DNA of 64,000 nt. Source: Patescibacteria group bacterium. Lineage in GTDB: Bacteria; Patescibacteriota; UBA1384; XYA2-FULL-43-10; 1-14-0-10-43-13. The stretch covers positions 671,234 to 735,233 of the forward strand of contig JBAZBD010000001.1 in the NCBI GenBank assembly GCA_041671645.1. Reading direction: 5' to 3'. Made by a program: the position numbers and the translations under genes. The notes below the pieces were generated by a model. That model saw only the letters and a list, made by a program, of their open reading frames with translations, was not told the origin of the DNA and did not search any database. Positions 28,418-37,778 of the stretch are shown here, piece after piece. Positions within the stretch are counted from its first letter, which is position 1. Each line of letters opens with the position of its first letter.

Positions 28418-28888
28418 ATGGAGAACAACATCGACACCATCATCGGCGTCAATGTGACGCTAAAGGGCAACCTTTATAACAAAGGTTCGATCCAAGTCAA
28501 CGGCAGTGTCGAGGGGGAAGTGAAGAGTGATGAGAACATTGTGATTGGCGATTCAGCCAAGATCAAAGGCCCAGTCATCGCCAAGAAGATAGAAGTTTCC
28601 GGCGAAGTTATCGGCACTATCGAAGCTTCTGAGAAACTTGAGATCAATCCGACAGGCAGAATCGTTGGAGATTTGAAGGCCAAAACTTTGATTATCAAAG
28701 AAGGCGCTGCTTTTGTTGGCAAGAGCTTGATGCCAGCTACTTCTGCCGCAGGAGACACTGAGGCCAAGAAAGACGCCAAGGACGAAGAAACTGAGAAGGA
28801 TTCAGCCACAAACGTATTTGAAGAAGAGAGCAAATTAGCCGACAAACCAGAATCTTCCGACAAGCTAGGCTTCTTTAGCAAAAAATAA
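28418..28888 (+). CDS. bactofilin (CcmA-like cytoskeletal protein)
   Basis: Beta-helical repeat pattern (VNGSVEGEVKSDENIVIGDSAKIKGPVIAKKIEVSGEVIG...) with an acidic, Lys-rich tail. Confidence 0.75.
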   Translation: MENNIDTIIGVNVTLKGNLYNKGSIQVNGSVEGEVKSDENIVIGDSAKIKGPVIAKKIEVSGEVIGTIEASEKLEINPTGRIVGDLKAKTLIIKEGAAFVGKSLMPATSAAGDTEAKKDAKDEETEKDSATNVFEEESKLADKPESSDKLGFFSKK

Positions 28889-28918
28889 TTAATTCAAGTT
28901 CGCCTTCAATTTTCTGTT

Positions 28919-28950
28919 TTGAGATTTGAATTTTGAATTTTGAATTTTGA
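28919..28950. repeat. 8-bp tandem repeat (TTTGAATT)x4
   Basis: gatttgaattttgaattttgaattttgaa. Confidence 0.8.
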
Positions 28951-28953
28951 ATA

Positions 28954-29724
28954 ATGTACTATTATATTTTCGATATCAAGAGATGCAAGAATAAGACACT
29001 CGTAACTGACATCAAAAGCTACTTGTCTTCTCTTGGCATTTCCGGAGAATTTACCTATCCTTCGGCCGCCTACACCACCGAGGAGCTTGTCGACTTGGGC
29101 ATCTCCAAGAAATATAACACTATCGTCGGAATCGGCAGTGATGATTTGGCGAATTCGATTGCCAGTCGCCTTTGCGGGCGACAAGAAGCGATGGGTATGA
29201 TTCCGCTCGAAGCTTCGGCCGAGCTCACCGCCCTTATCGGAGCGAAAACCTGGCGCGAAGGCGCGGAGAACCTAAGATATCGCAAGATTACCACTATGAA
29301 AATAGGCAAAACCGCAAATGGTAGCGGATTTTTGACTGATTTGGAGTTGGCGTTGAAGGGACCGACTGAGATAACGATCGAATTTCGAGATTATATGGTC
29401 CAGGCTAAGGTAACCAAACTGGTTATCTCTAACTTCAACCCTGAAATTACGAAGATCGGACCAGACTTTCTCGATGTCGTATTCGAAAGTGTTGCTCCAG
29501 AACAAAATATGCTCTCTAGAATTGGAAATTTTCTCGGCATGGGCAAAGATGACCACAAAAGCAGTTTTTCCCTTTTTCGAGGCCGCTCACTCCGACTTTT
29601 CACAAGCTCTCAGATTCCGCTCGCCTCAAAGGGCCACGCGATAGCCAAAACTCCTCAGTTGGTCGAGAGCTCAGACGAAGATTTGCGTTTAATCATCGGC
29701 AAAAAGAGTGTCATCCTAGAATAA
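28954..29724 (+). CDS. hypothetical protein (weak DAGK/NAD-kinase-like GGDGT remnant?)
   Basis: TIVGIGSDDLANSIASRL; no firm assignment. Confidence 0.35.
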   Translation: MYYYIFDIKRCKNKTLVTDIKSYLSSLGISGEFTYPSAAYTTEELVDLGISKKYNTIVGIGSDDLANSIASRLCGRQEAMGMIPLEASAELTALIGAKTWREGAENLRYRKITTMKIGKTANGSGFLTDLELALKGPTEITIEFRDYMVQAKVTKLVISNFNPEITKIGPDFLDVVFESVAPEQNMLSRIGNFLGMGKDDHKSSFSLFRGRSLRLFTSSQIPLASKGHAIAKTPQLVESSDEDLRLIIGKKSVILE

Positions 29725-29787
29725 AATCTCCCGTACTCAAGAAAAAGGAAACTTATCAGGCGAAAAAGAAAAAAGCTATTACTCATT

Positions 29788-30564
29788 GTGTTCGCTTCCC
29801 TGACTGTCGTGGTTCTGGCAGTTTTGACGATTTTGTTTTTGAGATGGCGCGAAGCGCGTGAAATTCCAAAGACCGAAACGATACCTGCAGGAACAGAACA
29901 AATTGTTTATCCAGCCCCTGCGGCTCCTTACCCGGAGCCAAGCACCACGAACGAGTCGGCCCCAGCTCCAAGAGTTGCGGAGGTAAAAACAACGGCAAAG
30001 CCAGCGAAGGTCCTACTCGGAGTCCCCTTCACCTCTCAAGCGCCAAAATCTGTCTGGGACGCTCTGCATGAAGATGCCTGCGAAGAAGCGAGCCTGATCA
30101 TGGCCCACCGTTATATCGATGGCACTGAGATCGAGAGCATTGATTCTGCCGACCAAGAAATTAATGATCTGATTAAATTCGAGGAGTCCAAAGGGCTTGG
30201 CACGAGTATCACGCTCGAAGAGCTCAATAATATTGCAAAAGAATATTATGGCATGAATTCCGGCCAGATTGTTCCCAACGTAACAAGCGACATTCTGAAG
30301 GACCAGCTAGCCGAGAGCAAAGTAATCATCCTGCCAGCCGCCGGTAAATTGCTCAATAATCCAAATTTCAAGAACGGCGGGCCGAATTATCACATGTTGG
30401 TGGTAAAAGGATTCGAAAACGGCAACTTCATCACCAACGATCCAGGCACTCGCAAGGGTGAAGGCTATCAGTACACGCCGGAAACGCTGATCGATGCTCT
30501 CCACGATTGGAATCCAGATAATATTCTAAATGGCGAGAAGAATATCCTGGTTTTCGCCAAATAA
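29788..30564 (+). CDS. membrane-anchored papain-like cysteine peptidase, C39-like (Peptidase_C39_2/BtrH-like)
   Basis: N-terminal TM anchor, Pro/Ala-rich linker, then VPFTSQAPKSVWDALHEDACEEASLIMA (Cys) ... GGPNYHMLVV (His). Confidence 0.55.
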   Translation: MFASLTVVVLAVLTILFLRWREAREIPKTETIPAGTEQIVYPAPAAPYPEPSTTNESAPAPRVAEVKTTAKPAKVLLGVPFTSQAPKSVWDALHEDACEEASLIMAHRYIDGTEIESIDSADQEINDLIKFEESKGLGTSITLEELNNIAKEYYGMNSGQIVPNVTSDILKDQLAESKVIILPAAGKLLNNPNFKNGGPNYHMLVVKGFENGNFITNDPGTRKGEGYQYTPETLIDALHDWNPDNILNGEKNILVFAK

Positions 30565-30780
30565 ATAATCATTAGTAAATGATCAAAGATCAATGGTCAA
30601 TTATTCCCAAAGGGACCCTTTTAGGGCAATTAAGTATCAATTTCAAAAATTAAGAAATTAATCACTTCGATGCTTAGATGATCATTGATACTTGAGCGTT
30701 GATACTTCCTAAGAAAATATTGACCTATGCCAAGTTTTGTGCTATTTTAGTGTTGTATTAAGAATAAAAAGGAGTCCAGT

Positions 30781-31302
30781 ATCAAACCACGGTTTCTTCG
30801 TGCCAATAGACAAATTCGTTTTTCACCCATAATTGTGATCGACGACGAAGGCACGAACCTTGGAACTTTGTCCCTCGACCAGGCCTTAGCCATCGCGAAT
30901 GAAAAAGGCCTTGATCTCGTTGAGATCAATCCTACAAATCGTCCACCGATCTGCAAAATTATGGACTTCGGCAAGTATAAGTACGATTTGGCCAAAAAGG
31001 AAAAAGAGAGTCGGGCAAAGCACAAGGAAACAGAGCTGAAGGAGATACGACTTACTTTTAAGATTGGCGACCACGATCTGGAATACAAAGCCAAACAGGC
31101 GAATGGATTCATTGCAGATGGCGACCAAGTCAAAGTTTCGATGAGACTTCGCGGCCGAGAAAACGCCCTTGGCGAGATCGGATTAGGGGTATTTGCTAAG
31201 TTCGCCGAGATGGCCAACCTTTCGTATGAGAGAAACCCAGTTCGAGCAGGCAATCAGATCGTTGGAATGCTCGTCGTGAAAAAAGAAGTTAAGCAATCAT
31301 AA
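30781..31302 (+). CDS. infC: translation initiation factor IF-3, with a non-AUG (AUC/AUU-class) start
   Basis: ANRQIRFSPIIVIDDEGT ... GLDLVEINPTNRPPICKIMDFGKYKYD is the IF3 N- and C-domain pattern. The frame is open back to a TAG at 30748 with no ATG. ATC at 30781 lies 6 nt after aaaaaGGAG; ATT at 30757 is an alternative. Confidence 0.8.
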   Translation: MKPRFLRANRQIRFSPIIVIDDEGTNLGTLSLDQALAIANEKGLDLVEINPTNRPPICKIMDFGKYKYDLAKKEKESRAKHKETELKEIRLTFKIGDHDLEYKAKQANGFIADGDQVKVSMRLRGRENALGEIGLGVFAKFAEMANLSYERNPVRAGNQIVGMLVVKKEVKQS

Positions 31303-31317
31303 AGATTTAAAAATATT

Positions 31318-31500
31318 ATGAAATTAAAAACACACAAAGCAACAATCAAAAGAGTCAAGACTAGCGCAACTGGTAAGCTTTTACGAGTCAAATCAGCCAA
31401 GAGCCATCTTCTCTCCCACAAGGCCAATCCTACAAAGACTGACTTGGTTGTCGCTCACGCAGATCAGAGACGAGTCAAGAGATTGACTCCTTATAGCTAA
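31318..31500 (+). CDS. rpmI: 50S ribosomal protein L35
   Basis: MKLKTHKATIKRVKTSATGKLLRVKSAKSHLL, 60 aa, basic. Confidence 0.8.
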   Translation: MKLKTHKATIKRVKTSATGKLLRVKSAKSHLLSHKANPTKTDLVVAHADQRRVKRLTPYS

Positions 31501-31517
31501 ATTCTTTTGGAGAAAAA

Positions 31518-31859
31518 ATGAGAGTCAAAACTGGCGTCGTCAGACGAGCCAAACACAACAAAATGTTAGCAAAGACCAAGGGCTTCCAAGGACGCCGAAG
31601 GTCAGTTTATAAACTTGCCAAGCAAGCCGTTCTTAAAGCTGGCGTTTACGCTTACCGTGATCGTAAGGTCAACAAGCGCAACTTCCGCTCACTTTGGATC
31701 GTCCGCATCAACGCAGGACTTCAAAGCTTCGGCATTTCATACTCTCAGTTCATCAACAAGCTTCTGAAAGCAAACATCACACTCAATCGCAAATTCCTAG
31801 CTGATCTCGCTACCAACCACCCAGCTGAATTCGAAGCAGTGGTCAAAAAAGTCAAATAG
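31518..31859 (+). CDS. rplT: 50S ribosomal protein L20
   Basis: MRVKTGVVRRAKHNKMLAKTKGFQGRRRSVYKLAKQAVLKAGVYAYRDRKVNKRNFRSLWIVRINA. Confidence 0.9.
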   Translation: MRVKTGVVRRAKHNKMLAKTKGFQGRRRSVYKLAKQAVLKAGVYAYRDRKVNKRNFRSLWIVRINAGLQSFGISYSQFINKLLKANITLNRKFLADLATNHPAEFEAVVKKVK

Positions 31860-31867
31860 TCGCACTA

Positions 31868-31903
31868 TAAAAAAATCCTCGGACAATGTCTGGGGATTTT
31901 TTG
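31868..31903 (+). terminator. rho-independent terminator after rplT
   Basis: aaaaaaATCCTCggacaatgtctgGGGGATtttttg. Confidence 0.55.
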
Positions 31904-31936
31904 AATAAAAAAACAATCATTTTTTACTTGTAACTG

Positions 31937-31965
31937 TTGACAACATCTCTAGATTATTGTATAAA
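31937..31965 (+). promoter_or_regulatory. near-consensus sigma70 promoter
   Basis: TTGACA (31937-42), 17-nt spacer, TATAAA (31960-65); GAGGAGGT Shine-Dalgarno at 32007-14 before the ATG at 32022. Confidence 0.5.
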
Positions 31966-32021
31966 TTAGAGTCACGGAAACGGCGGTTAGGCCGACTGTT
32001 TATCGTGAAGAGGAGGTCGAT

Positions 32022-32759
32022 ATGACCATTGAAAATTTAACAGACAGAATATGTCTGCAAGAAATCCTGCTGAAGCGACTGCTGTTAGAGCACGATCGCC
32101 CAGAGTTGCAAAGAGTGCCGGCGATTGAATACGCTTTAAGTCTTTTGGCATACAGGTACCATACGGATGATATTGCTTTAAGCATTATCTATGTTGAGCG
32201 TTCCCATCACACACCGGTCGCATCTTTGGCCAACAACATTGCGCAAGCTTTCCTGTTTATGTCTCAAAACAAGCGCGGACTCGGCGCGACGAAAGATTTT
32301 TGCAAGAAAGACCGTGATAAAGCCCGTGCAATATGGGAGTGTTACGCGGCCACTAAGCAAGCCAGAACGATGAACGCCCTCTACGGAACAATTACTGGCA
32401 TTGGATACGGCGCCCATGATCCTGTCGCAATTGGGTCGAAAATAATCCAGGTATTCGGTGGAGAATGGCGCGATTGGGGTGATTCCAGTAACAGTTTTTT
32501 TTCTATCGTAAAATTGCCATGGGGCAGTATTGACCTTGTCAAAATTGGCGATGGCATGAAATGCAGTGAAAGCGTAATCACCTTCGGCACACAGATGAAC
32601 ATGGAAAGTGTCTTTGACAGCTTACGTCTTCTTGATGTTAACCCAGCGAGACAACAGGAAACCAAATCGGGGCAGCAAATAATTTGCTTTTCCTTGACGG
32701 TCGAATATACCAATGATCTCTTCGACCGTCTCTACTTCCGTATTGTCTCCTTGCCCTGA
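32022..32759 (+). CDS. hypothetical protein
   Basis: 245-aa ORF with a strong Shine-Dalgarno and no recognisable motif; GC slightly elevated. Confidence 0.45.
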   Translation: MTIENLTDRICLQEILLKRLLLEHDRPELQRVPAIEYALSLLAYRYHTDDIALSIIYVERSHHTPVASLANNIAQAFLFMSQNKRGLGATKDFCKKDRDKARAIWECYAATKQARTMNALYGTITGIGYGAHDPVAIGSKIIQVFGGEWRDWGDSSNSFFSIVKLPWGSIDLVKIGDGMKCSESVITFGTQMNMESVFDSLRLLDVNPARQQETKSGQQIICFSLTVEYTNDLFDRLYFRIVSLP

Positions 32760-32883
32760 CCGTAAAAATTACCGTTCTGTGCCAAATTTGGCACGGGGAT
32801 CCGAGACGCTGCACAAAGCAGCGTTCCGCCCCTTTTATCTCAAATCGTTGAGCTAATAGGTAGCGAGAGATCTACTTTTTAAA

Positions 32884-32916
32884 AAATCCCCTGAGATTAT
32901 CGGGGGATTTTTTGTA
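32884..32916. terminator. bidirectional terminator
   Basis: aaaaaAATCCCCtgagattatcGGGGGATTtttt. Confidence 0.65.
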
Positions 32917-32929
32917 TCAAGATAAGTAA

Positions 32930-33529
32930 TTATTTTTTGACTTGAAATTTGTCACCGTGACCAGGAATTATATAGTCTGCGACTGCGAGAATTTTCTTCC
33001 GGCTTTCGTCGTAATCGACTAAATTATTTGCCAGTGGTGGATTCACTTCCATATCGGCAAAACTTTCATCGGCCATGGCATCGCCAGCGATGACAATGTT
33101 TCCCTCGTCAGTGTTTACTAGCACTGAGATGTGATCTTCGGTGTGGCCTGGAGTTAGCAGTATCGAAACATCTTTGGCAATTTCCGTCCCATCGATAATC
33201 TCAGATCTCTGTACGCTTTTCTCCTTTGGAATATGGTATTGGCCGATATAATCTTTCCTGAGTTTGCAGAATATCTTGGCGTTTTCAAACAAATATGTGT
33301 TGACCACGTGGTCCAAATGCATATGGGTCAGAATGACGATGTCGATCTGATCGGGAGTTAGGTTCTCCTTGGCCAATGCCGCAATTAATTCATCTTTGTC
33401 TCCGAAATAGCCCGCGTCGACAAGGATATTTTGGTCCGACTTGATAAGCGTCGTAGTTGAGCCAATCCGAAGTTTACCTTCTATCGCCTTGCCATGAACA
33501 CCCTGAACTACTATTTTGATCTCTGCCAT
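32930..33529 (-). CDS. metallo-beta-lactamase-fold hydrolase
   Basis: ILTHMHLDH (HxHxDH) and later the PGHTEDH motifs. Confidence 0.7.
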   Translation of the reverse strand: MAEIKIVVQGVHGKAIEGKLRIGSTTTLIKSDQNILVDAGYFGDKDELIAALAKENLTPDQIDIVILTHMHLDHVVNTYLFENAKIFCKLRKDYIGQYHIPKEKSVQRSEIIDGTEIAKDVSILLTPGHTEDHISVLVNTDEGNIVIAGDAMADESFADMEVNPPLANNLVDYDESRKKILAVADYIIPGHGDKFQVKK

Positions 33530-33530
33530 A

Positions 33531-33923
33531 TTACTTTTTTTCCTTGCCCCAAATGATTAGAAGTACGAACATAAAACCGATAGTAATTAGAACATCAGCA
33601 ATATTGAAAACAGTCAGATGGAAAAACGGGATATAATCGACCACTCCACCGAATATGGCGCGCTCTATCAGATTGGTAACCACTCCCACCGAGATCAATA
33701 TTTTTGGCAAAACTGGTAGCGACTTTGATCGGACAAGTAGCGCTACAGCCAATATCAGAACCAGAATTACTGAGATAAATGCGATTGGTCCCTGCCAAAA
33801 GCCGAGATAGAAACTATTGTTGAGGCTTCCGAGGTTAAATTTGAATATTGAGAAATCGATCAACAAAAGCGCCGCGATATAGCACGGTATTGAGACGAAT
33901 AAATTAACGTTCTTTTTTGGCAT
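33531..33923 (-). CDS. lspA: lipoprotein signal peptidase (signal peptidase II)
   Basis: Four TM helices; GGVVDYI and FNIADVLI motifs. Confidence 0.7.
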   Translation of the reverse strand: MPKKNVNLFVSIPCYIAALLLIDFSIFKFNLGSLNNSFYLGFWQGPIAFISVILVLILAVALLVRSKSLPVLPKILISVGVVTNLIERAIFGGVVDYIPFFHLTVFNIADVLITIGFMFVLLIIWGKEKK

Positions 33924-34245
33924 TATTCTGGCATGTTACACAAAGATCAGCGTAAGGCATAATTTTCAGTCTTCCTGTCTCTATCTCGTCTCCGCACTTG
34001 GCACATTTACCATATGCGCCGCTATCAATTGATTTGAGCGCTTTGTTGATTTTCTTCAACACTACTTCGAGCTGGTCATCAACGGCCATACTATTCTCGA
34101 AATCAGTCAATTCCTGGGTGTTGTCATCGCTAATATCACCGTAGTCAGGGTATTTCTTGAGCTTTTTGATCTGCTCAGCAATACGCTCTTTTTCGGCTAG
34201 CATCGCTTCTTTTTGCTTCTCGATATATTGTTCTGTTGGTTTCAT
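33904..34245 (-). CDS. DksA/TraR-family C4 zinc-finger protein
   Basis: Coiled-coil N-terminus and CAKCGDEIETGRLKIMPYADLCVTC. Confidence 0.65.
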   Translation of the reverse strand: MKPTEQYIEKQKEAMLAEKERIAEQIKKLKKYPDYGDISDDNTQELTDFENSMAVDDQLEVVLKKINKALKSIDSGAYGKCAKCGDEIETGRLKIMPYADLCVTCQNNAKKER

Positions 34246-34973
34246 TTCGATCTCCTGATTTTATGGCCGAGTATCTTGGTCCAAAGATAAATGGCGCCGA
34301 TAATAAAAATTGCTAAACTGATGATTTGACCAAATGAAATTGGGCCCAGAATCTTAGAGTCATCTCGCCAAAAATCAATAATGAATCGAAGCCCACCGTA
34401 CATGGTGATCATGGTGTAAAAAAGTGTACCGTCGGTCTTGAACTTCTTTTTCATGGTGACAAATAAAGTCACGAGGATCAAAATTAGGGCCAGACATTCA
34501 TAGGCTGGGACTGGAATCTGATGATTGAGACTTAATTTTGAAAAAGTTCTGATACCGGAATACTCCCCCGCCATCAGATTGCCAATCCTGCCGAAGAAAA
34601 GGCCAGCGGCAAAAGCAACTGCATAGATATCGAGCCATTTCAGGATATTTTCCTTTTGGGCCTTGATCAGAAGGGCGAAGACAGCTCCGCCGACAATGAA
34701 ACCACCGTAGGAGACAAGGCCGCCGTCCCAAAGATAAAAGATTTCTTTGAGCGATTGAAATTGTTCGTGATAAAGCACGAAATATGTAATCCTAGCGCCA
34801 ATAATTCCAGCCAAGACAGAATAGACGATGTTGTCAAAAAGAAATTCTGTATTGTAGCCCTTGTACTTGGCAAGTCGATAAACGAGCAAACTACCGATCA
34901 GGATGCCCAAAACAGCCAGCACGCCATGTGTATAAAGACTAAATTGCCCGATTGTGAATAATATTGGATACAT
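34242..34973 (-). CDS. lgt: prolipoprotein diacylglyceryl transferase
   Basis: Multi-TM protein with Lgt signature GRIGNLMAGEYSG. Confidence 0.8.
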   Translation of the reverse strand: MYPILFTIGQFSLYTHGVLAVLGILIGSLLVYRLAKYKGYNTEFLFDNIVYSVLAGIIGARITYFVLYHEQFQSLKEIFYLWDGGLVSYGGFIVGGAVFALLIKAQKENILKWLDIYAVAFAAGLFFGRIGNLMAGEYSGIRTFSKLSLNHQIPVPAYECLALILILVTLFVTMKKKFKTDGTLFYTMITMYGGLRFIIDFWRDDSKILGPISFGQIISLAIFIIGAIYLWTKILGHKIRRSK

Positions 34974-35155
34974 AAGAGAAAAATTATTAATTCTTAATCT
35001 TTAATTCTTAATCAATTTTTAAGTTCTAATACCAAATTATTAAATTAGAATTAAATTAGAAATTAGCAATTATTAATTATAAATTGTTTGGTAGCTATAT
35101 TATATCTTGCTGTTGACCCGCTATGTCAAGTCTTGATAGAATCTAAATATCAAAA

Positions 35156-35860
35156 ATGACAAATGAGGAACTAAAAAAAGAGTTGAACTCCGAGATCTTG
35201 AATGACTTAAGCACCGAGGTCAATCCAAAAAAAGATATCTTGGACCTAGTGATTGACCTGGTCAAAACCGGAGTCGTCGTTTTCGTGGTGGCCTTCTTGC
35301 TCCGCTATTTCGTAATCCAGCCTTTCCTTGTTGATGGCCAGTCGATGATGCCAAATTATCATCACAAAGAGTATATCCTGACCGAAAAATTATCTTATAT
35401 GACTGGAGAGCCAAGGCGTGGCGATGTGATCGTCTTCCGCTATCCTCGCAACCCTAGCGTCAGCTACATCAAGAGAGTGATCGGGCTGCCTGGTGAGACG
35501 GTTAGAATCGCGAACAACAAAATTACAATCGTAAATTCTACAAATCCGAGCGGAATGGTGCTGACTGAGGACTATATTCCTGCTGATTTTAAGACCAAAA
35601 CTTACGACAACGGCGACAGCAAATCTGCCTTTGAGAAGACCTTGCAAGAAAAAGAGTATTTCGTCATGGGCGACAATAGAGAACATTCTTCTGACTCTCG
35701 TGAGTGGGGCGTATTACCAAAAACTCTAATTACCGGCAGAGCCTGGCTCACCCTGATGCCGCTAGATCGCATCAAAATTCATGAAAGAATCACCTACAAG
35801 ACGAGTATATCGTATATTTCAAATCGATTATCGCTTCTTGCTTCGAACTCTACCAAGTAA
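35156..35860 (+). CDS. lepB: signal peptidase I
   Basis: N-terminal TM, GDVIVFRYP, SYIKRVIGLPGETV, GDNREHSSDSREWG (S26 boxes). The C-terminal tail overlaps der on the opposite strand. Confidence 0.8.
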   Translation: MTNEELKKELNSEILNDLSTEVNPKKDILDLVIDLVKTGVVVFVVAFLLRYFVIQPFLVDGQSMMPNYHHKEYILTEKLSYMTGEPRRGDVIVFRYPRNPSVSYIKRVIGLPGETVRIANNKITIVNSTNPSGMVLTEDYIPADFKTKTYDNGDSKSAFEKTLQEKEYFVMGDNREHSSDSREWGVLPKTLITGRAWLTLMPLDRIKIHERITYKTSISYISNRLSLLASNSTK

Positions 35861-37168
35861 ATGAGTATCAATATAGATCGGAACTCCATTCATCGGGACG
35901 ACGTCTCTGATGCGATTTTCTAGATAACGAACTTGAGTGTAATGAGGGACTTTCTTGGCTGAAACCACGATTTCAAATTGAGGAGGAGTGCTTCTTTTCT
36001 GATTGAGTTTCTGGATATCTTGAAGCTGAGGATTGGATTGCTTGGAAAGTTCGATGATCTCATCCAATAACTCCTGTGGGACTATGGTATTTCTGTTCTC
36101 GGCCACTGCTACGACCTGAGTTAGGAGCGAGTTGATATTGACCTCATCTTGAGCAGAGATAAAGACTATTGGAAGCCATGGCGCAAAATTGAGTTTTCGC
36201 TGGAGAATCCAGATCGTCTTGGCCATATATTCTTGCTGGTCTCCTGGGATCAAGTCAATCTTGTTTACTGCCAAGATAATGCCCTTGCCCCACTCTTTGG
36301 CGTTGCCAAGAATGTTGGCGTCCAGAGCGACTAATCCCTCGCTAGCATCGATGACCAGTATGGCAACATCACAATTCTTGAGTGCTCTCTCGGCGCGAAT
36401 GACGCTAAAAGATTCGATCGTGTCATGGCCAACCTTGCCAGGTCTACGGATACCAGCGGTATCAGAAATTTGAATATTCTTGCCTTTGTGAAAAAAGCTG
36501 ACATTGACACTGTCGCGAGTAGTCCCGGCTTCTGCCGAAACAACCGCTCTTTTTTCGCCAATAATAGTGTTGAGCAGAGTAGATTTGCCTACATTTGGTC
36601 GCCCGATTATAGCGAGGCTAATATCATAATTAGTATGAACTTTGGCTGGTACTGTCTCATCGTCTTTCAACTCTTTGGCAATAACATCGAGAAGATCACC
36701 GGAGCTTTTGCCAGAAATAGCGGAGACAGGAATAGGATTCTGAAAGCCGAGGCGCTTGAATAGATCAATTGATTCGAGACGAGAAACATTATCAACTTTG
36801 TTGACGACCAGAAGCACCTTCTTGCCGCTTTTCTTCAGTCTGCGAGCGACTTCCTTGTCCTTCTGATTGTCTGGCTCGTTCCAGTCGACGATGAAAAGGA
36901 TGAGATCGGCGCTTTCGATAGCAGTATCGACGCCATCTTGGATTGAGAGATCAATCTCCTTCTTGGTCCCTGATTCGATACCAGCTACGTCGATGAGGGT
37001 GAATTCTTCGCCCTGCCAGTTGACCTCACCATAAAGACGGTCCCTGGTCGTGCCAGGAATCGGAGCTTCAATAGCTACGCGTTTGCCGCATAGACGATTG
37101 AACAGCGTAGATTTGCCAACGTTTGGTCGGCCGATCACCGCTACAATTTTTTGGTTTTCTTTCTCCAT
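35828..37168 (-). CDS. der: ribosome-biogenesis GTPase Der/EngA
   Basis: Two G domains ([12 protein letters not shown] and [16 protein letters not shown] twice, NKxD twice) plus a KH-like C-terminus; start set at [11 protein letters not shown]. Confidence 0.9.
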   Translation of the reverse strand: MEKENQKIVAVIGRPNVGKSTLFNRLCGKRVAIEAPIPGTTRDRLYGEVNWQGEEFTLIDVAGIESGTKKEIDLSIQDGVDTAIESADLILFIVDWNEPDNQKDKEVARRLKKSGKKVLLVVNKVDNVSRLESIDLFKRLGFQNPIPVSAISGKSSGDLLDVIAKELKDDETVPAKVHTNYDISLAIIGRPNVGKSTLLNTIIGEKRAVVSAEAGTTRDSVNVSFFHKGKNIQISDTAGIRRPGKVGHDTIESFSVIRAERALKNCDVAILVIDASEGLVALDANILGNAKEWGKGIILAVNKIDLIPGDQQEYMAKTIWILQRKLNFAPWLPIVFISAQDEVNINSLLTQVVAVAENRNTIVPQELLDEIIELSKQSNPQLQDIQKLNQKRSTPPQFEIVVSAKKVPHYTQVRYLENRIRDVVPMNGVPIYIDTHLLGRVRSKKR

Positions 37169-37247
37169 TGTTGATTGACTATAACATAAATATACAAAAA
37201 ATGGTAGCACTTACGTACTACCATTTTTTCTTTTATCGAGTTAACGA

Positions 37248-37589
37248 TTAGCGTCTGTCGCCGAAGCGATTTCCGCCACTGTTTCTAGAGTCTCTACCAC
37301 CACTGCGGTCGCCAGATGGGCGCTCAGTTTGTGGACGAGCAATACTTACGAAAATAGTTCTACCGTCAACTTCGGTGTTGTTGGTAAGCTCAATAGCCTT
37401 TTCGGCCATTTCTTTGTTGGCAAGGGTAACGAAACCAAAGCCACGTGATTTTCCGGTAAAACGGTCCATCACAACACGAGCTTCAACGACCTCAACTTCT
37501 GGAAGTGAACTAAAAACATCTAAAAGCTTAGCATCGTCGATGTTGTAACTAAGATTACCGACGAAAAGCTTGTTGTCTTCTTCTCTCAT
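37248..37589 (-). CDS. RRM-type RNA-binding protein with RGG tail
   Basis: RNP2 KLFVGNL and RNP1 RGFGFVT; C-terminal RSGGRDSRNSGGNRFGDRR. Confidence 0.8.
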   Translation of the reverse strand: MREEDNKLFVGNLSYNIDDAKLLDVFSSLPEVEVVEARVVMDRFTGKSRGFGFVTLANKEMAEKAIELTNNTEVDGRTIFVSIARPQTERPSGDRSGGRDSRNSGGNRFGDRR

Positions 37590-37778
37590 AATAGGATCCT
37601 TTCATTTATAAAAATCGACCTTGTTTGTCTGGTCTCAGCCGACTAATTCTCCAAAATCCCATTAGAGCCTAAGCGAGTAGTTTCAAACTTGCACATATCA
37701 TAGCACAAATGATGGAAAAAAGATAGGGGTTAGAGTCTAAAAACTGGAATTTGCGTCCGACTTTGCTATACTCATGTC

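Noticed and set aside
28919-28950. Possible CRISPR-like array
   Set aside because: This is only an 8-bp unit repeated four times in tandem with no spacers, so it is a simple microsatellite.
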